DNA from: Arenicellales bacterium
GTDB lineage: Bacteria > Pseudomonadota > Gammaproteobacteria > Arenicellales > JAJDZL01
Direction of reading: 5' to 3'
Length of the DNA: 64,000 bases
Assembly (NCBI GenBank): GCA_965220395.1
Contig: CBDCPT010000004.1
Coordinates: 404,777-468,776, forward strand
Part shown: positions 8,684 to 19,220 of the stretch, one piece after another
How positions within the stretch are numbered: the first letter of the stretch is position 1
Layout: every line of letters begins with the position of its first letter
Made by a program: the position numbers and the translations under genes
The notes under the pieces: generated by a model
Told to the model about the DNA's origin: nothing
Seen by the model: only the letters and a program-made list of their open reading frames with translations
The model's database searches: none

Positions 8684-11095
8684 ATGTACAGAGAATTTGA
8701 AATTGAATCGAACGATATAGCCGAAGCGGTGCCGGGTGTGCATGGAGACGCGCAGACTCAGGTAAACGATATGAAGATAGTCGGTCGTGGATTTCCTGTA
8801 AAGGATGCTGTAGAAAAAGTGACCGGTTCCTTGAAATATGCAGTCGATATGACCGTACAGAACATGGTGCATGGGAAGATACTGCGCTGCCCCCATGCGC
8901 ATGCCCGGATCACAAATATCGACACATCCAAGGCCGAAGCGCTTGCCGGTGTAATCGGCGTTTTGACGCATCAGGATGTGCCCCAAAACGATTGGGAAGC
9001 AGCCTGGTTCAACTATCGTGGAAAGGTCTTGGATGGAGTCGGCCGGTTCGTCGGTGACGATCTTGCCGCGGTTGCCGCGGTGAGCGAGGCTGTCGCCCAA
9101 AGGGCCGTGGAACTAATTGAGGTGGAATACGAGATTCTTGACGCAGTCTTCGATATGGAAGAAGCAAGAAATTCGGATGCACCACAAATACGTGTAGAAG
9201 GTAACGAACGAGATCCCTATATCGTCAAATGGGGCGATACGCACGAGGGCATGGCGTTAGCTGACCATACGGTAGAGTGTGATATTTTTTACCACAGTCA
9301 GCAGTATGCCTCCATTGGCCGCAACGCGGCAATCGCAGAGTGGATGGGGGACAAGGTTACGCTTTGGACTTCTTCACAAACGCCGACAGAAACCCGGGAC
9401 GGCATACACGAGGCGCTTGGAATTCCGTTAAGCAAGATTCGCGTTATGGCGCTTCCTGCCGGGAGTTCATTCGGACAGTGGTGGACCAACAACTTCATGA
9501 TGATTACCGTATTGCTGGCAAGGAAGGTTCGGCGACCGGTGAAGATTGAGCTTGATAACGAAGAATGCATGAGTGCCGTAAAACGCCGCCACCTTGAAAG
9601 AACCCGCGGTTTGATGGGTTGTACCGCAGATGGACAGCTAACGGTTGCAAAATTCGATCACCTGATCGACAACGGCGGATATGGCTTTAAAGACGATGTC
9701 GGGTTCTTCTGCGTGGATATGTGGGGCAAGGCTTTGCATGGCCACTACGCAATTCACGGAGTCAATACAAATTTGCTTACCGCCGGCTGTATGCGCGGGG
9801 TTGGTGACTGCACACTAGGCGCCAGTGTCGAACGGATGTGTAACCAACTTGCCGAAAAGATTGACATGGACCCAGTTGAATTCCGTATCAAGAATCAGAT
9901 TAAGCCTGGAGACGAGCTGAGAATGCAGCACTCCAGGGATAATCTGCATCATGACAGTGTGGAAGAATATCTCGCTGCCTTACCCGAGGAATATCGCGAA
10001 AACTGGCCAAAACCGTTTCATCTTTCCAGCGGATCGACGGAGGAGATATTGCGAGAAGGCGCCGAATCCTTTCGGTGGGCCGAGCGATGGAATGGGTGGG
10101 GGAAAGCATCCAGTGTCGATGGGTCCATACATCGGGCGGTAGGCGTAGGTACCGGGGCTCACGTATGCGGCGTCGAGTTCGAAGGCAATGCGTCGGCTAT
10201 GGTTAGGTTAAATCCCGACGGTAGTCTGAAAGTGCATTGCAGCGTGGGCAGACAAGGCCAAGGTAGTGAAACGACTCAGGCCCAGGTGGCTGCGGAAGAG
10301 ATGGGGTTGCCGTTGTCGATGGTCGAAGTCGAGACTGGCGATACGGATTCCTGCCCTTGGAGTCACGGTTCTTTGGCAAGCAACACCATGTTCAGGGTAG
10401 GCTGGGCGACGCGGGAAGCGACCCGGGACGCAAAGCGGCAGTTACTTGAGATTGCGGCTAGGGATATATTCGACAATGCGGAAGCGTCCGACTTGGCTAT
10501 AACTGACGGTTACGTCCACCTTGAAGGATCGATGTCTGACGCGGTTTCTATTTCGGAAGTCCTGAATCTGGTTCGGTCCGACACTTTGGGACAGACTTCT
10601 TCCATCACGGGTAGGCCTACAGTTCCCATGCCTCCTTCAACAACGTTCGCAAGGCACTTCGGTGCTCAGTTCGTCGAGGTGGAAGTCGATGTCGATACCG
10701 GGAAAATTGTATTGCTCGATTACCTGGCATGCCAGGACAGTGGCACGGTGGTCAATCCTCAGGTTTTAAAGAACCAAGTGATCGGCGGTGCGATATGCGG
10801 AGCAGGGTTTGCTATTTATGAGCACTTGATCTTCGACGAGAAAACCGGTGCGATAAAAAATGCAAACCTGCTCGACTACAAAGTACTAAGAGCGGCAGAC
10901 TTTCCGCACAAAGCTGAAGTGCTGTTCGGTGATTCCTACGATCCGGTTGGGCCGTTCGGTGCTCGCGGGGCTGGCGAGGCGCCAATCGCTGCTTCGATCT
11001 CGGCAGTATCGCAAGCGGTCTACAACGCGATAGGTGCTTGGGTCGATTTGCCCATGACACCGGAACGTTTGATCCGAGCGCTAGGGAAAGTGTAG
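8684..11095 (+). CDS. Xanthine dehydrogenase family molybdopterin-binding (large) subunit, substrate unknown
   Basis: KVTG..KYAVD, CPHAHARI, GQGSET, GDTD, ARGAGEAP (catalytic Glu). Confidence 0.93.
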   Translation: MYREFEIESNDIAEAVPGVHGDAQTQVNDMKIVGRGFPVKDAVEKVTGSLKYAVDMTVQNMVHGKILRCPHAHARITNIDTSKAEALAGVIGVLTHQDVPQNDWEAAWFNYRGKVLDGVGRFVGDDLAAVAAVSEAVAQRAVELIEVEYEILDAVFDMEEARNSDAPQIRVEGNERDPYIVKWGDTHEGMALADHTVECDIFYHSQQYASIGRNAAIAEWMGDKVTLWTSSQTPTETRDGIHEALGIPLSKIRVMALPAGSSFGQWWTNNFMMITVLLARKVRRPVKIELDNEECMSAVKRRHLERTRGLMGCTADGQLTVAKFDHLIDNGGYGFKDDVGFFCVDMWGKALHGHYAIHGVNTNLLTAGCMRGVGDCTLGASVERMCNQLAEKIDMDPVEFRIKNQIKPGDELRMQHSRDNLHHDSVEEYLAALPEEYRENWPKPFHLSSGSTEEILREGAESFRWAERWNGWGKASSVDGSIHRAVGVGTGAHVCGVEFEGNASAMVRLNPDGSLKVHCSVGRQGQGSETTQAQVAAEEMGLPLSMVEVETGDTDSCPWSHGSLASNTMFRVGWATREATRDAKRQLLEIAARDIFDNAEASDLAITDGYVHLEGSMSDAVSISEVLNLVRSDTLGQTSSITGRPTVPMPPSTTFARHFGAQFVEVEVDVDTGKIVLLDYLACQDSGTVVNPQVLKNQVIGGAICGAGFAIYEHLIFDEKTGAIKNANLLDYKVLRAADFPHKAEVLFGDSYDPVGPFGARGAGEAPIAASISAVSQAVYNAIGAWVDLPMTPERLIRALGKV

Positions 11096-11143
11096 CCGCC
11101 GCGCAAATGTCAACGGTTGAATTTTAGTGGAGGCGTGCTTGAT

Positions 11144-12031
11144 ATGATAGAAAACCCCGTACCGTGGCCAGACGGCAAACGTTGTGCTGTTGCCTTTACA
11201 TTCGACATGGACGCCGACAGCCTTATTCATCTTGAGCATCCGGAGACCGGCCATCGGCGGGTGTCAGCCATATCGATGTTGCGATATGGTCCGGAAGTGG
11301 CTGTAAAAAGAATCCTGCAGACTTATCGGGAATTCGACATTCAGCAAACCTTTTATGTACCGGCATGGTGCATAGAGCAGTACACGGAATCGGTCAAAGC
11401 GATGGTGGATGGCGGACACGAGGTCGCTCATCATGGCTATATCCACGAAAATCCGAATACTCTTTCTCCAGAGAAGGAATTGTATTGGTTGATACGCGGA
11501 ATCGATATCATCAACAACGTTACGGGGCAGCGTCCTCGCGGATGGCGCGCCCCGCTTTACAACTTTTCTGACGCGTCTGTTGATTTCCTCATAGACGAGG
11601 GATTTAGCTACGACGCTTCACTGATGGGTGACGATATTCCCTATTTGCTTTCCACGGACAAGGGTAAGGTGATGGAATTGCCGTCTTACTGGGGAATGGA
11701 TGATTGGCCCCAGTTTGTCCACTCAGTCGACTTGGACTACATGATGCCTTTGCAATCTCCAAGTCGCGGCATGGACGTGTTTAAAGAAGAATTTGATGCA
11801 ATGTACAAGCACGGCGGCTTATGGGTCACTGTTTGGCATCCCTTTGCTTCAGGGAGGCTTGCGAGATGGGAGAAAGTCGTCGAACTCATTGACTACATGA
11901 AGGGAAAGTGTGATGTGTGGTTTGCGCGAATGGAAGATATTGCTGCACACGTCTACCAATGCATCGAAGACGGAAGCTATGTCCCGAGAGTCGATAAATT
12001 GCCTTACTACGCGGGACCGGTTGAATTCTGA
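11144..12031 (+). CDS. Polysaccharide deacetylase family (CE4), PuuE/allantoinase-like
   Basis: WPDGKRCAVAFTFDMD, HEVAHHGYIHE, GWRAP, YDAS, WHP. Confidence 0.85.
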   Translation: MIENPVPWPDGKRCAVAFTFDMDADSLIHLEHPETGHRRVSAISMLRYGPEVAVKRILQTYREFDIQQTFYVPAWCIEQYTESVKAMVDGGHEVAHHGYIHENPNTLSPEKELYWLIRGIDIINNVTGQRPRGWRAPLYNFSDASVDFLIDEGFSYDASLMGDDIPYLLSTDKGKVMELPSYWGMDDWPQFVHSVDLDYMMPLQSPSRGMDVFKEEFDAMYKHGGLWVTVWHPFASGRLARWEKVVELIDYMKGKCDVWFARMEDIAAHVYQCIEDGSYVPRVDKLPYYAGPVEF

Positions 12032-12419
12032 TTTTCATCATTGGCCATTCGATTTTCCCGCTGTTTTCGATTCGAGCGCGTAAAAACTGCGATCTCCGAT
12101 GTTCGGTTGTGGTGAGTCTAGTGAACCGGATTCGTCAATTGCTGTGACGCTACTACCCACAGTCCTTTGAACCGGAACAAAACTTGTTCCGGCCCTGGGT
12201 CAGACAGATGTAGCAACGAACCTCAACTCCGGCACGCACTCGCAAACTTCGCGAATCACCGGTGTCAAAATCTGTTGAAGAAGCACCTGACTTGCCGCAT
12301 CCACCATCACAACGTATCCGAACCCATTTGGAAGACTTCCGAGTTAATCTGTTTGTCGATGATGGCAAGCGTATTAGAAGGCACAAATTGACGGAAAAAA
12401 TTTTGTAAATATTGACGCC

Positions 12420-12738
12420 ATAGCCGGATTTTTCCTGATCCCTAGTCAGGGGGTTAATTGATTGCACCAGTCGGACCAGGTGTATACGAGTTACGTAACA
12501 GGAGTACCACAGAATTAATGCTATTGGGGATGAGCAAGAACGTTGCGAATAGAATGAGTTCCCTCTTACCCTCCCCCTATGGTTGTGGTAATCGTAACAA
12601 TTCGTCAAAAAGGAAATTGTTGATAGAAAACTTGATGACATCGAATACCGTACAAAAGCCTGTTCAAATGAAGAAGAGGCAAAAAGACAAGAACGAGTAT
12701 TGCGCAAGAACAAGAAGGCCTACATATTTCCAACTTAG
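12420..12738 (+). pseudogene. Degraded small gene, GIY-YIG-like
   Basis: IAPVGPGVYELRN..GMSKNVANRM continues after a frameshift as IEYRTKACSNEEEAKRQERVL..YIFPT*; stops upstream. Confidence 0.4.
12580..12626 (+). repeat. 47-bp direct repeat, copy 2
   Basis: Matches 2519-2565 with 2 mismatches. Confidence 0.85.
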
Positions 12739-12807
12739 AAATTCACGGTCTCAACTATCCTACACAATCTCTGTGCACTGCTGTGGTGTGTGTTTCGATT
12801 GGCGACC

Positions 12808-12895
12808 TGCGTATTCCGATTTAAATGAACACTGATTCCAATAATTTGAACAATGATTCCGACAATTTGATGATTCCAATGAAAATGAACACTTT
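12808..12895 (+). mobile_element. Orphan IS21-like terminus with repeated transposase-binding motifs
   Basis: Starts TGCGTATTCCGAT; recurring ATTCC..TGAACA motifs at roughly 21-bp spacing; no partner end or istAB seen. Confidence 0.45.
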
Positions 12896-13625
12896 CAGTG
12901 ATACAAAATCGGTTTTTGTCGCAGTCAAAATGAATCCGGAGCTATTCCGGCGTTTGTGTGGACTCCTTTTTACCTCAAAATTTGCGTTCGTGTCAAATTC
13001 AAAAACCACCGCTGACACAACCGTGACAGTGTTGCAGTATTTCCCAATTCCAGGGATTGGGTTTTTGTCAGTTGGCACTGAGTGGAAATAAATCTGTGGG
13101 GAAATCTGTGTTAAAAACGCTCGCTTTAGCGAAACGGAAAAGACGCTTGCGTCACTTACGTTTTTCGTTAGTTTTTTGCACAGATTTACACATAGATTTA
13201 TTCTACGGGGCCCAGATACTGCAGTTTGGCCCTGACTGCCGTATCTGGGCATGGCTCTGAAAGCGTTGCAGGTCGCTGTATTCATCCAGCGTGTTCCAGT
13301 CAAATAGAGTATGATTTTCAGGTGTCATAAACGAATCTCCTTGGGACGATTGATGTAGATTGGTTAATCATTGATTATAGTACAAAAGGAATCGTTGTGA
13401 CACTTATTTGTGAATTAAATCAATATGTTGTACATATTTACGAGGGTCTGGCGGCGATGCCATGCAGTGGGGGATATTTAAGGAATTGGCGTGGAAATCC
13501 AGATTTTTGGGCTTTTCTGGCTGATTCTTGGAGGAAAATATTTTCCGACCCTCGAATTTCCTCAATGCTGAAAATCGTTTACAACGATCGAAACTGTCTC
13601 AAGACAGACTTACAAACTAAAGGTT

Positions 13626-14435
13626 TCAGTACTCACTTAATGCAGTAAATCTGCTCCGAATCTCTTCCACACGGCTGGAAGAAATTTCCGTGACCAATAC
13701 CCCATTTTCATCTCTGTTGTAAACCACAAAGTCACCCCAAGGGTCTACGATCATTGAATTCCCATACGTTCTTCGCCCACTGGGGTGTATTCCCCACTGT
13801 GCAGGCGCCACTACGTATGCTCGATTTTCAATAGCACGGGCTCTGAGTAGAATCTCCCAATGATCTCTCCCGGTGGTGTATGCAAATGCCGACGGCACCG
13901 CAAACCAGATTGCTCCTTTTGATACCAGCTTCCTGTAAAGCTGCGGAAACCTGACATCATAGCACACGGTAAGCCCGGCGACCCCGACCGGTGTAGACTG
14001 AACTACTAGCTGATCACCTGGCGTTGTGTAACTTGATTCCGCATATCGTTCGCCACTCGACAAAACGATATCGAAGAGGTTTATCTTGTCGTAGCGAGCA
14101 ACCTGACGGCCCTGCTCATCAAACAAATATGAAGTGTTTCGAACCATTTCAGGTAGCTCGGATTTTACGAAAACTCCGGCAGCTAGAATCCACATCTGAT
14201 TCTCAATCGCGAGTTGCGAAAGAAAGCCTACAATGGGACCTTCACCATCCGCAGATTCGGCACACCCAAGCCGCTGGCCATGGTCTTTTGGCATCATTGC
14301 AAAACACTCCGGCAATACGGCTAGCACTGCGGATTGTTTTTTCGCCTCCTTTACCAGCTCAGATGTCAATCGAAGATTTTGTTCAACATCGTCGCTGGAA
14401 TTCATCTGAATTGCAGCGACTCGAGGCATTATCAA
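13626..14435 (-). CDS. Carbon-nitrogen hydrolase (Nit1-like, deaminated glutathione amidase)
   Basis: E-K-C triad: LPECF, YDKINLFD, VCYDVRFP; ARAIEN; downstream of yhdP. Confidence 0.88.
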   Translation of the reverse strand: MIMPRVAAIQMNSSDDVEQNLRLTSELVKEAKKQSAVLAVLPECFAMMPKDHGQRLGCAESADGEGPIVGFLSQLAIENQMWILAAGVFVKSELPEMVRNTSYLFDEQGRQVARYDKINLFDIVLSSGERYAESSYTTPGDQLVVQSTPVGVAGLTVCYDVRFPQLYRKLVSKGAIWFAVPSAFAYTTGRDHWEILLRARAIENRAYVVAPAQWGIHPSGRRTYGNSMIVDPWGDFVVYNRDENGVLVTEISSSRVEEIRSRFTALSEY

Positions 14436-14791
14436 TACTCGTCGCTGGAAACAATTACCAAGATGGTTTCTTCCACGCCTGACCCAGGTTCCAATGAAAT
14501 ACGACTCGATTCAATGCCAAGGCTTACAAGATTATCGTGTAGCTGGATCGCCCATTCATTGCCTGCGTCACCACCAGGATAACGGACAATCAATTGTGAA
14601 TTTTCTGCTTCAATGAATCGAGCAATCGCTCTTCTTAACTGTGGAATCTGGAGTATGGCATCTGCTGAGTTTTGCTGAGGCCATTCGTAGCGAGCGACTT
14701 GGACTTCGAAATCAGTTTGAGCTTGACTTGCAGTCGATGCAAACAAAGCTCCTAGCAAAATATACTGAGCAAATAATTTCATCAGACTCAA
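14432..14791 (-). CDS. Small secreted hypothetical protein
   Basis: Signal peptide (ASQA|Q); 4-bp overlaps with both neighbours. Confidence 0.7.
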   Translation of the reverse strand: MSLMKLFAQYILLGALFASTASQAQTDFEVQVARYEWPQQNSADAILQIPQLRRAIARFIEAENSQLIVRYPGGDAGNEWAIQLHDNLVSLGIESSRISLEPGSGVEETILVIVSSDEY

Positions 14792-17700
14792 TTGGAATCA
14801 CTCGGTGCTAATAATTTAGCGTTGACCAGCTTGATGTCAGGTTCTGCCCACGATCCAGTTATCTCGTACTGAAGCGGGAAAACGTCAATTTCCAGAGATT
14901 CAAAAACTTTCTTTCCAAGATAAGTTAGCAATCCTGTAGCTGGATTTATAAATAAAGTAGCGATCGTCGTTAAGGTATTACCAATTTGGGGATCGACACC
15001 TGCCTTCAAATGGTGCTGTTTGGTAGTCCAGTCAGTTGTTCCCCGAATAGCGATGTCGGCAGCTGGACCGATGAGAACCGCCCCCTGCACCTCGATAATA
15101 CCATTTTTAATGCTTGCTCTTCCTCCAAGGCGATCAAAAGCAATGCCAGATTTTAAGGTATCAGACACGTCTACTGACAGACGATTCAATAAAGTTTCGT
15201 AATTTAAAGCTCCAACAAATTTTTGTGTAGCACCGCCCGCCGTGTCTGTCCATGATCCGGAAGTCACTACGCCGCTCCGCGCACTGTAATTGACACTGCC
15301 CGATGTCAATTCTGGCAACCATTTAGTAAAAGCATCATCCCATTCAAGATGGCCTGACGCCTTGGCAGTCCCTCCATCAAACGTGCCGGGGTAGCCAAGT
15401 TGTTCCATTGATTGACCAAAATCTACGGAGTTAAATTTGAAGTCGATAACCGAAGAATTCGAATACTTCCAATCTGCAGTGGCTGACACATTAAACGTCA
15501 TCGAATTGAAATTTGCGGAGGTGATTTTCCAGCTGTCTTCGGTTGGTGTCGCAATAATTTTACTTTCTCCAACACTATACTGACCATACTTTGTATCTGA
15601 ACATGTGAGATCCATCGCTGGCAAAACACGCGGGTCCATAGATCGCTTCGAAGAACCGGTTTGAGATTCGTCCATATGACATTTTGAAAGTTGAACGACA
15701 ATCAGCGGAGTTTCGCCTTCGCGTAGAAATTCGGAAGTTCGATAGGTGGCCTGACCCTTAAGTTCATCAGAGTTGATTGTGACTCCCCAGTGTTCTGCCA
15801 ACTTTTCTGCCGACAGGTCAACACCGGTCAACTCGCGCTTTCCTGCTAACCACACTTTATCAAAATTTGCTTGTACCGATTTCAGTCTGGCAAAGCCCAG
15901 CTCGCTTGTTCCTTCGTTTTGCCTGATCAGATTCACCCATTCTTCAAAATCAAAGACTGGGAAATCGACAGCAATGAAAACTCCTGATTCATCCTTTTTC
16001 GGAGGTTTGGCATTGCCAACACCAAGCACCCCGGAATCTATTCTCCACTCTCGGTTTTCGCGCTTTACCAGAAAGTTCCCACTGATCAGCGATTGCACTT
16101 GACCACCAATCCGTTTATCCATCTCGAATTCAAATCTCCGCTCAGATTGGCCAATGGCTCGAATAATAGACTTTAACCGCATTTCCGAATCCGCTTCCTT
16201 CCGCATAGGGAAAGGCAGTTGCGACTCAACACCATCAAATGATGTCGTAAATACAATGTTCTTCTTTTCCGACCAAACCTCGAAGTCGACGTTCCATGGG
16301 AAAAATCCACTCAAACGGGAAGTAAGCGCCGCACCGATTATTGGTTCAAGATCTTGCGCGTCTGAACTACCAATAACACTCCCTGTTATTACGACATTTC
16401 CTAAGGGCCCGGATCCTTTGAAATTGGCTTTGACTGTTCCGCCTAGAAAATTCCCACTCAATTCACCTGTCGTTAAGCCTGCCCGATTGAAATACACTTT
16501 GCCTTCGATATCAGAAACTTGAGGTCCTAGAAAAGTAACTACCGAAACATCATCTACTGGTGTAACAGTGCCGTTTAAGCTAAATTCCTTTCCTCTTTTT
16601 AGGGGAATTTCAATAATTAATGAAATTTCGCTGGTACCCGAACCACTGACAATGCCTTCCGTTTTACCCGGATTGACAATACCTTCAGGTCCAAAGAGCA
16701 CAAAAACGAGTGGTATTGGGGCCGGGAGTTGAGTATTTACGGTGAGCAAGGGATCTGGCAGAGTAAAGTCCTCCACATAGACCAGTGTATGTTCTAACGG
16801 TTGCTCGTGGATAGTGCCTTCTGCCAAGATCGCGTCAAATCGCCTACCACGAAATTCGAATGTGCCTTTTCCATCGAATAGTGGAGGCCATTTCTTGCCA
16901 TATTTCAGAGACAGGTTTTCGAAATCCCCTTCTACCAGAAGATTATCCATCCTCTCCTGTTTGATCAATTGAATGGGATCGCCTGAAAAACTGCCTACAG
17001 CACGAGATACCCACAAAGAATAGAGTCGTTCCGACACGTAATCGTGAAAACGAGGCGGAAACACGCCCGGGTGCTGCTTCAATAGTGCCACAAAATCGAG
17101 TGAGGCCAACTCAAAAGTGGTTTCGATTTGACTAGATTTATCTGGGTTTAACCACCAGCTACCTGCACTCGCAACAAGTGTTTCCTTTGAGTTGGAAATC
17201 GTGCCGTCTAACTCTAAGTCATGTGCTTTCACGGCCCAATCTACCGACTCCAATGATCCCGCTCGCCACAACCCATTAATGTCTGCATCAATCACCGTAG
17301 TAACGTTTGCAATGTCAACATTTCTTTCCTTCAATAGGCCGCCACTCATGACCGCCAGCCATGCCGCATCGACAGATTCGGCATTGATGTGCAGCCTGAC
17401 GGTGTTGATATCGTCTGTCGAATCTGTAAGATCGAATCTGAATTTAACTTCAGATTCATTGTGCAAAGTAGTTACTAGTGAACCCGTAATTGAATTGGCA
17501 TTGTTTCCATGATCGCTTGCAACGTTAAATTGACCCAAGGCATTCACGTCAAATTTATCCGACTTCAAAACTACGTCATACTCTCCTTCCTGAATTGAAA
17601 TTTGCTGAATGCGCAGAAGTGAAGGAAGGTAGCTCCAGATTAGTACGCTTGCACCACGTTTCTGAACCGGTGCAGGTTTTTCTTTTTCCTTTACAAGCGA

Positions 17701-18108
17701 CCACTGCCCTAAAAACCGCGGCTTGACGACACCGACGTACGCTATTTGCCAGCCGTCACGTGAGAAAAATGGCTGAGCAAGTCGAAGTTCCGCGCTTTCA
17801 GCAGAAAACTCAAGCCAGTCACTGTCAAAATTTCGCTTTACCGAAAGATTATGAATTTCTAAGGTTGGAAACGACTCGTGCCACCCCAGCTCAATACTGT
17901 CAAAGGAGAAATTGCCTTCGAATCTCTCAGCGATTTCGCTTAGCAGCCAAGGCGTGAATACATTGAAATTCACTATCAGCAAAGCAGCAAGCAAACCGAA
18001 TAAAACCACCACACTGCTTGCCAGTGCAATAATTCTCAAGGAGAATTTGAGAATTCTGTTGAGAATTTCTTTGCTGCGGGGTGTTAGTTTCTTCATCCGA
18101 ACTGCCAC
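14788..18108 (-). CDS. yhdP: YhdP/AsmA-family membrane-bridging protein
   Basis: 1106 aa; N-terminal TM anchor; beta-rich; C-terminal GIAFD..G..YEITGSWAEP; context between maf and nitrilase. Confidence 0.8.
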   Translation of the reverse strand: MAVRMKKLTPRSKEILNRILKFSLRIIALASSVVVLFGLLAALLIVNFNVFTPWLLSEIAERFEGNFSFDSIELGWHESFPTLEIHNLSVKRNFDSDWLEFSAESAELRLAQPFFSRDGWQIAYVGVVKPRFLGQWSLVKEKEKPAPVQKRGASVLIWSYLPSLLRIQQISIQEGEYDVVLKSDKFDVNALGQFNVASDHGNNANSITGSLVTTLHNESEVKFRFDLTDSTDDINTVRLHINAESVDAAWLAVMSGGLLKERNVDIANVTTVIDADINGLWRAGSLESVDWAVKAHDLELDGTISNSKETLVASAGSWWLNPDKSSQIETTFELASLDFVALLKQHPGVFPPRFHDYVSERLYSLWVSRAVGSFSGDPIQLIKQERMDNLLVEGDFENLSLKYGKKWPPLFDGKGTFEFRGRRFDAILAEGTIHEQPLEHTLVYVEDFTLPDPLLTVNTQLPAPIPLVFVLFGPEGIVNPGKTEGIVSGSGTSEISLIIEIPLKRGKEFSLNGTVTPVDDVSVVTFLGPQVSDIEGKVYFNRAGLTTGELSGNFLGGTVKANFKGSGPLGNVVITGSVIGSSDAQDLEPIIGAALTSRLSGFFPWNVDFEVWSEKKNIVFTTSFDGVESQLPFPMRKEADSEMRLKSIIRAIGQSERRFEFEMDKRIGGQVQSLISGNFLVKRENREWRIDSGVLGVGNAKPPKKDESGVFIAVDFPVFDFEEWVNLIRQNEGTSELGFARLKSVQANFDKVWLAGKRELTGVDLSAEKLAEHWGVTINSDELKGQATYRTSEFLREGETPLIVVQLSKCHMDESQTGSSKRSMDPRVLPAMDLTCSDTKYGQYSVGESKIIATPTEDSWKITSANFNSMTFNVSATADWKYSNSSVIDFKFNSVDFGQSMEQLGYPGTFDGGTAKASGHLEWDDAFTKWLPELTSGSVNYSARSGVVTSGSWTDTAGGATQKFVGALNYETLLNRLSVDVSDTLKSGIAFDRLGGRASIKNGIIEVQGAVLIGPAADIAIRGTTDWTTKQHHLKAGVDPQIGNTLTTIATLFINPATGLLTYLGKKVFESLEIDVFPLQYEITGSWAEPDIKLVNAKLLAPSDSN

Positions 18109-18147
18109 AGATTCTGCCTGTAGATATCAGTAAGTATATATACTAAC

Positions 18148-18807
18148 TCAGATGTAGTACTGCCCATCCCAGACCGGCGGTTCGGTAAACTCATTCTTCA
18201 CTCGTTGCGCCGCTTGATCATAGTTCGGCACCAGAACTCCTGCATCCCGCAGAAGACTGACTGTCTCCCGTATCGGCAATCCAATCACCGAACTCCAAGA
18301 ACCTTCAAGTCGTGTCACAAATTCTGCTGCCTTACCCTGGATTCCGTAAGCACCTGCTCTTTTGTCGGATTCTCCACTATCCAGAAACTTGTCAATCTGC
18401 GTCTGCGTGAGCGTGGCAAATTCAACCTGAGTCAATACTGCCGCACAATGAGTAGTCTGCTTGTCCGTCACCGCTATCGCCGAATACACCTCATGCATTC
18501 GGCCCGACAATGTTCTGAGCATACAAAAGGCATCTGCTCGATTTGTCGGCTTACCTAGTTTGACGTCATCGATTACCACGCAGGTATCTGCACCCACAAC
18601 CACGAAATCATCAATCATGTTTTTTACAAGGGAAGAACCTGTTATCGACTTCTGCACAGCGAGTCTCGATACGTATTCAGAGGCCGCTTCATTATCGACA
18701 GCGGACTCATCGATCTGCGAATGGATTACCTCGAATTCGAGCCCCAAAGCCCGCAGCAGTCGATATCTCTGGGGCGAACCAGATGCCAGATAAAGACTCA
18801 GGCACAC
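18148..18807 (-). CDS. maf: Maf-family nucleoside triphosphate pyrophosphatase
   Basis: LYLASGSPQR, GADT, GKP, AGAYGIQG, VIGLP. Confidence 0.92.
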   Translation of the reverse strand: MCLSLYLASGSPQRYRLLRALGLEFEVIHSQIDESAVDNEAASEYVSRLAVQKSITGSSLVKNMIDDFVVVGADTCVVIDDVKLGKPTNRADAFCMLRTLSGRMHEVYSAIAVTDKQTTHCAAVLTQVEFATLTQTQIDKFLDSGESDKRAGAYGIQGKAAEFVTRLEGSWSSVIGLPIRETVSLLRDAGVLVPNYDQAAQRVKNEFTEPPVWDGQYYI

Positions 18808-18854
18808 GAAAGCTACTCTACTACTTGGTCGAAGGGATTATGGCCGAAGGGGAA

Positions 18855-19220
18855 TCAGTCAGACGATAAATTGCCTGTTGCCGTCGTGGGGATTTTGAGA
18901 GTTTCCTGCCAGAGTCGCTCCAAGTCGTAAAATTCACGTGCTTCTGTGATCATAATGTGCAGTACGACATCACTGTAGTCCAGCAGAATCCACTGTGCAT
19001 ACAGCTCGCCTTCAACGCCAATGGGTTTTCGACCTGCGTCTCTCAGCTCCTGAATGACAGTTTTCATGATGGATTTCACATGACGATTCGAAGAGCCAGT
19101 AACAATTACCATGTAATCTGTAACGTCTGTCATGTCCCTAACGTCCAAAACGTTGATGTTCATGCCTTTTGCATTTCCGATCGCTTCCATGATCGGCTCA
19201 AGTATATGGTTGGATTCCAA
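18855..19220 (-). CDS. rsfS: Ribosome silencing factor
   Basis: DYMVIVTGSSNRHV, WILLDYSDVVLHIM..REFYDLERLW. Confidence 0.93.
   Translation of the reverse strand: MESNHILEPIMEAIGNAKGMNINVLDVRDMTDVTDYMVIVTGSSNRHVKSIMKTVIQELRDAGRKPIGVEGELYAQWILLDYSDVVLHIMITEAREFYDLERLWQETLKIPTTATGNLSSD

Noticed and set aside
7305..11095. Aerobic CO dehydrogenase (coxMSL)
   Set aside because: The gene order fits, but the large subunit has neither AYxCSFR (form I) nor AYRGAGR (form II), and no cox accessory genes are present.
12172..12192. Hairpin CCGGAACAA-AAC-TTGTTCCGG as a terminator
   Set aside because: A perfect stem, but no U-tract on either strand and ~140 bp from the stop codon; function unsupported.
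12808..12900. CRISPR array
   Set aside because: The repeats are short and degenerate with no unique spacers; no cas genes.
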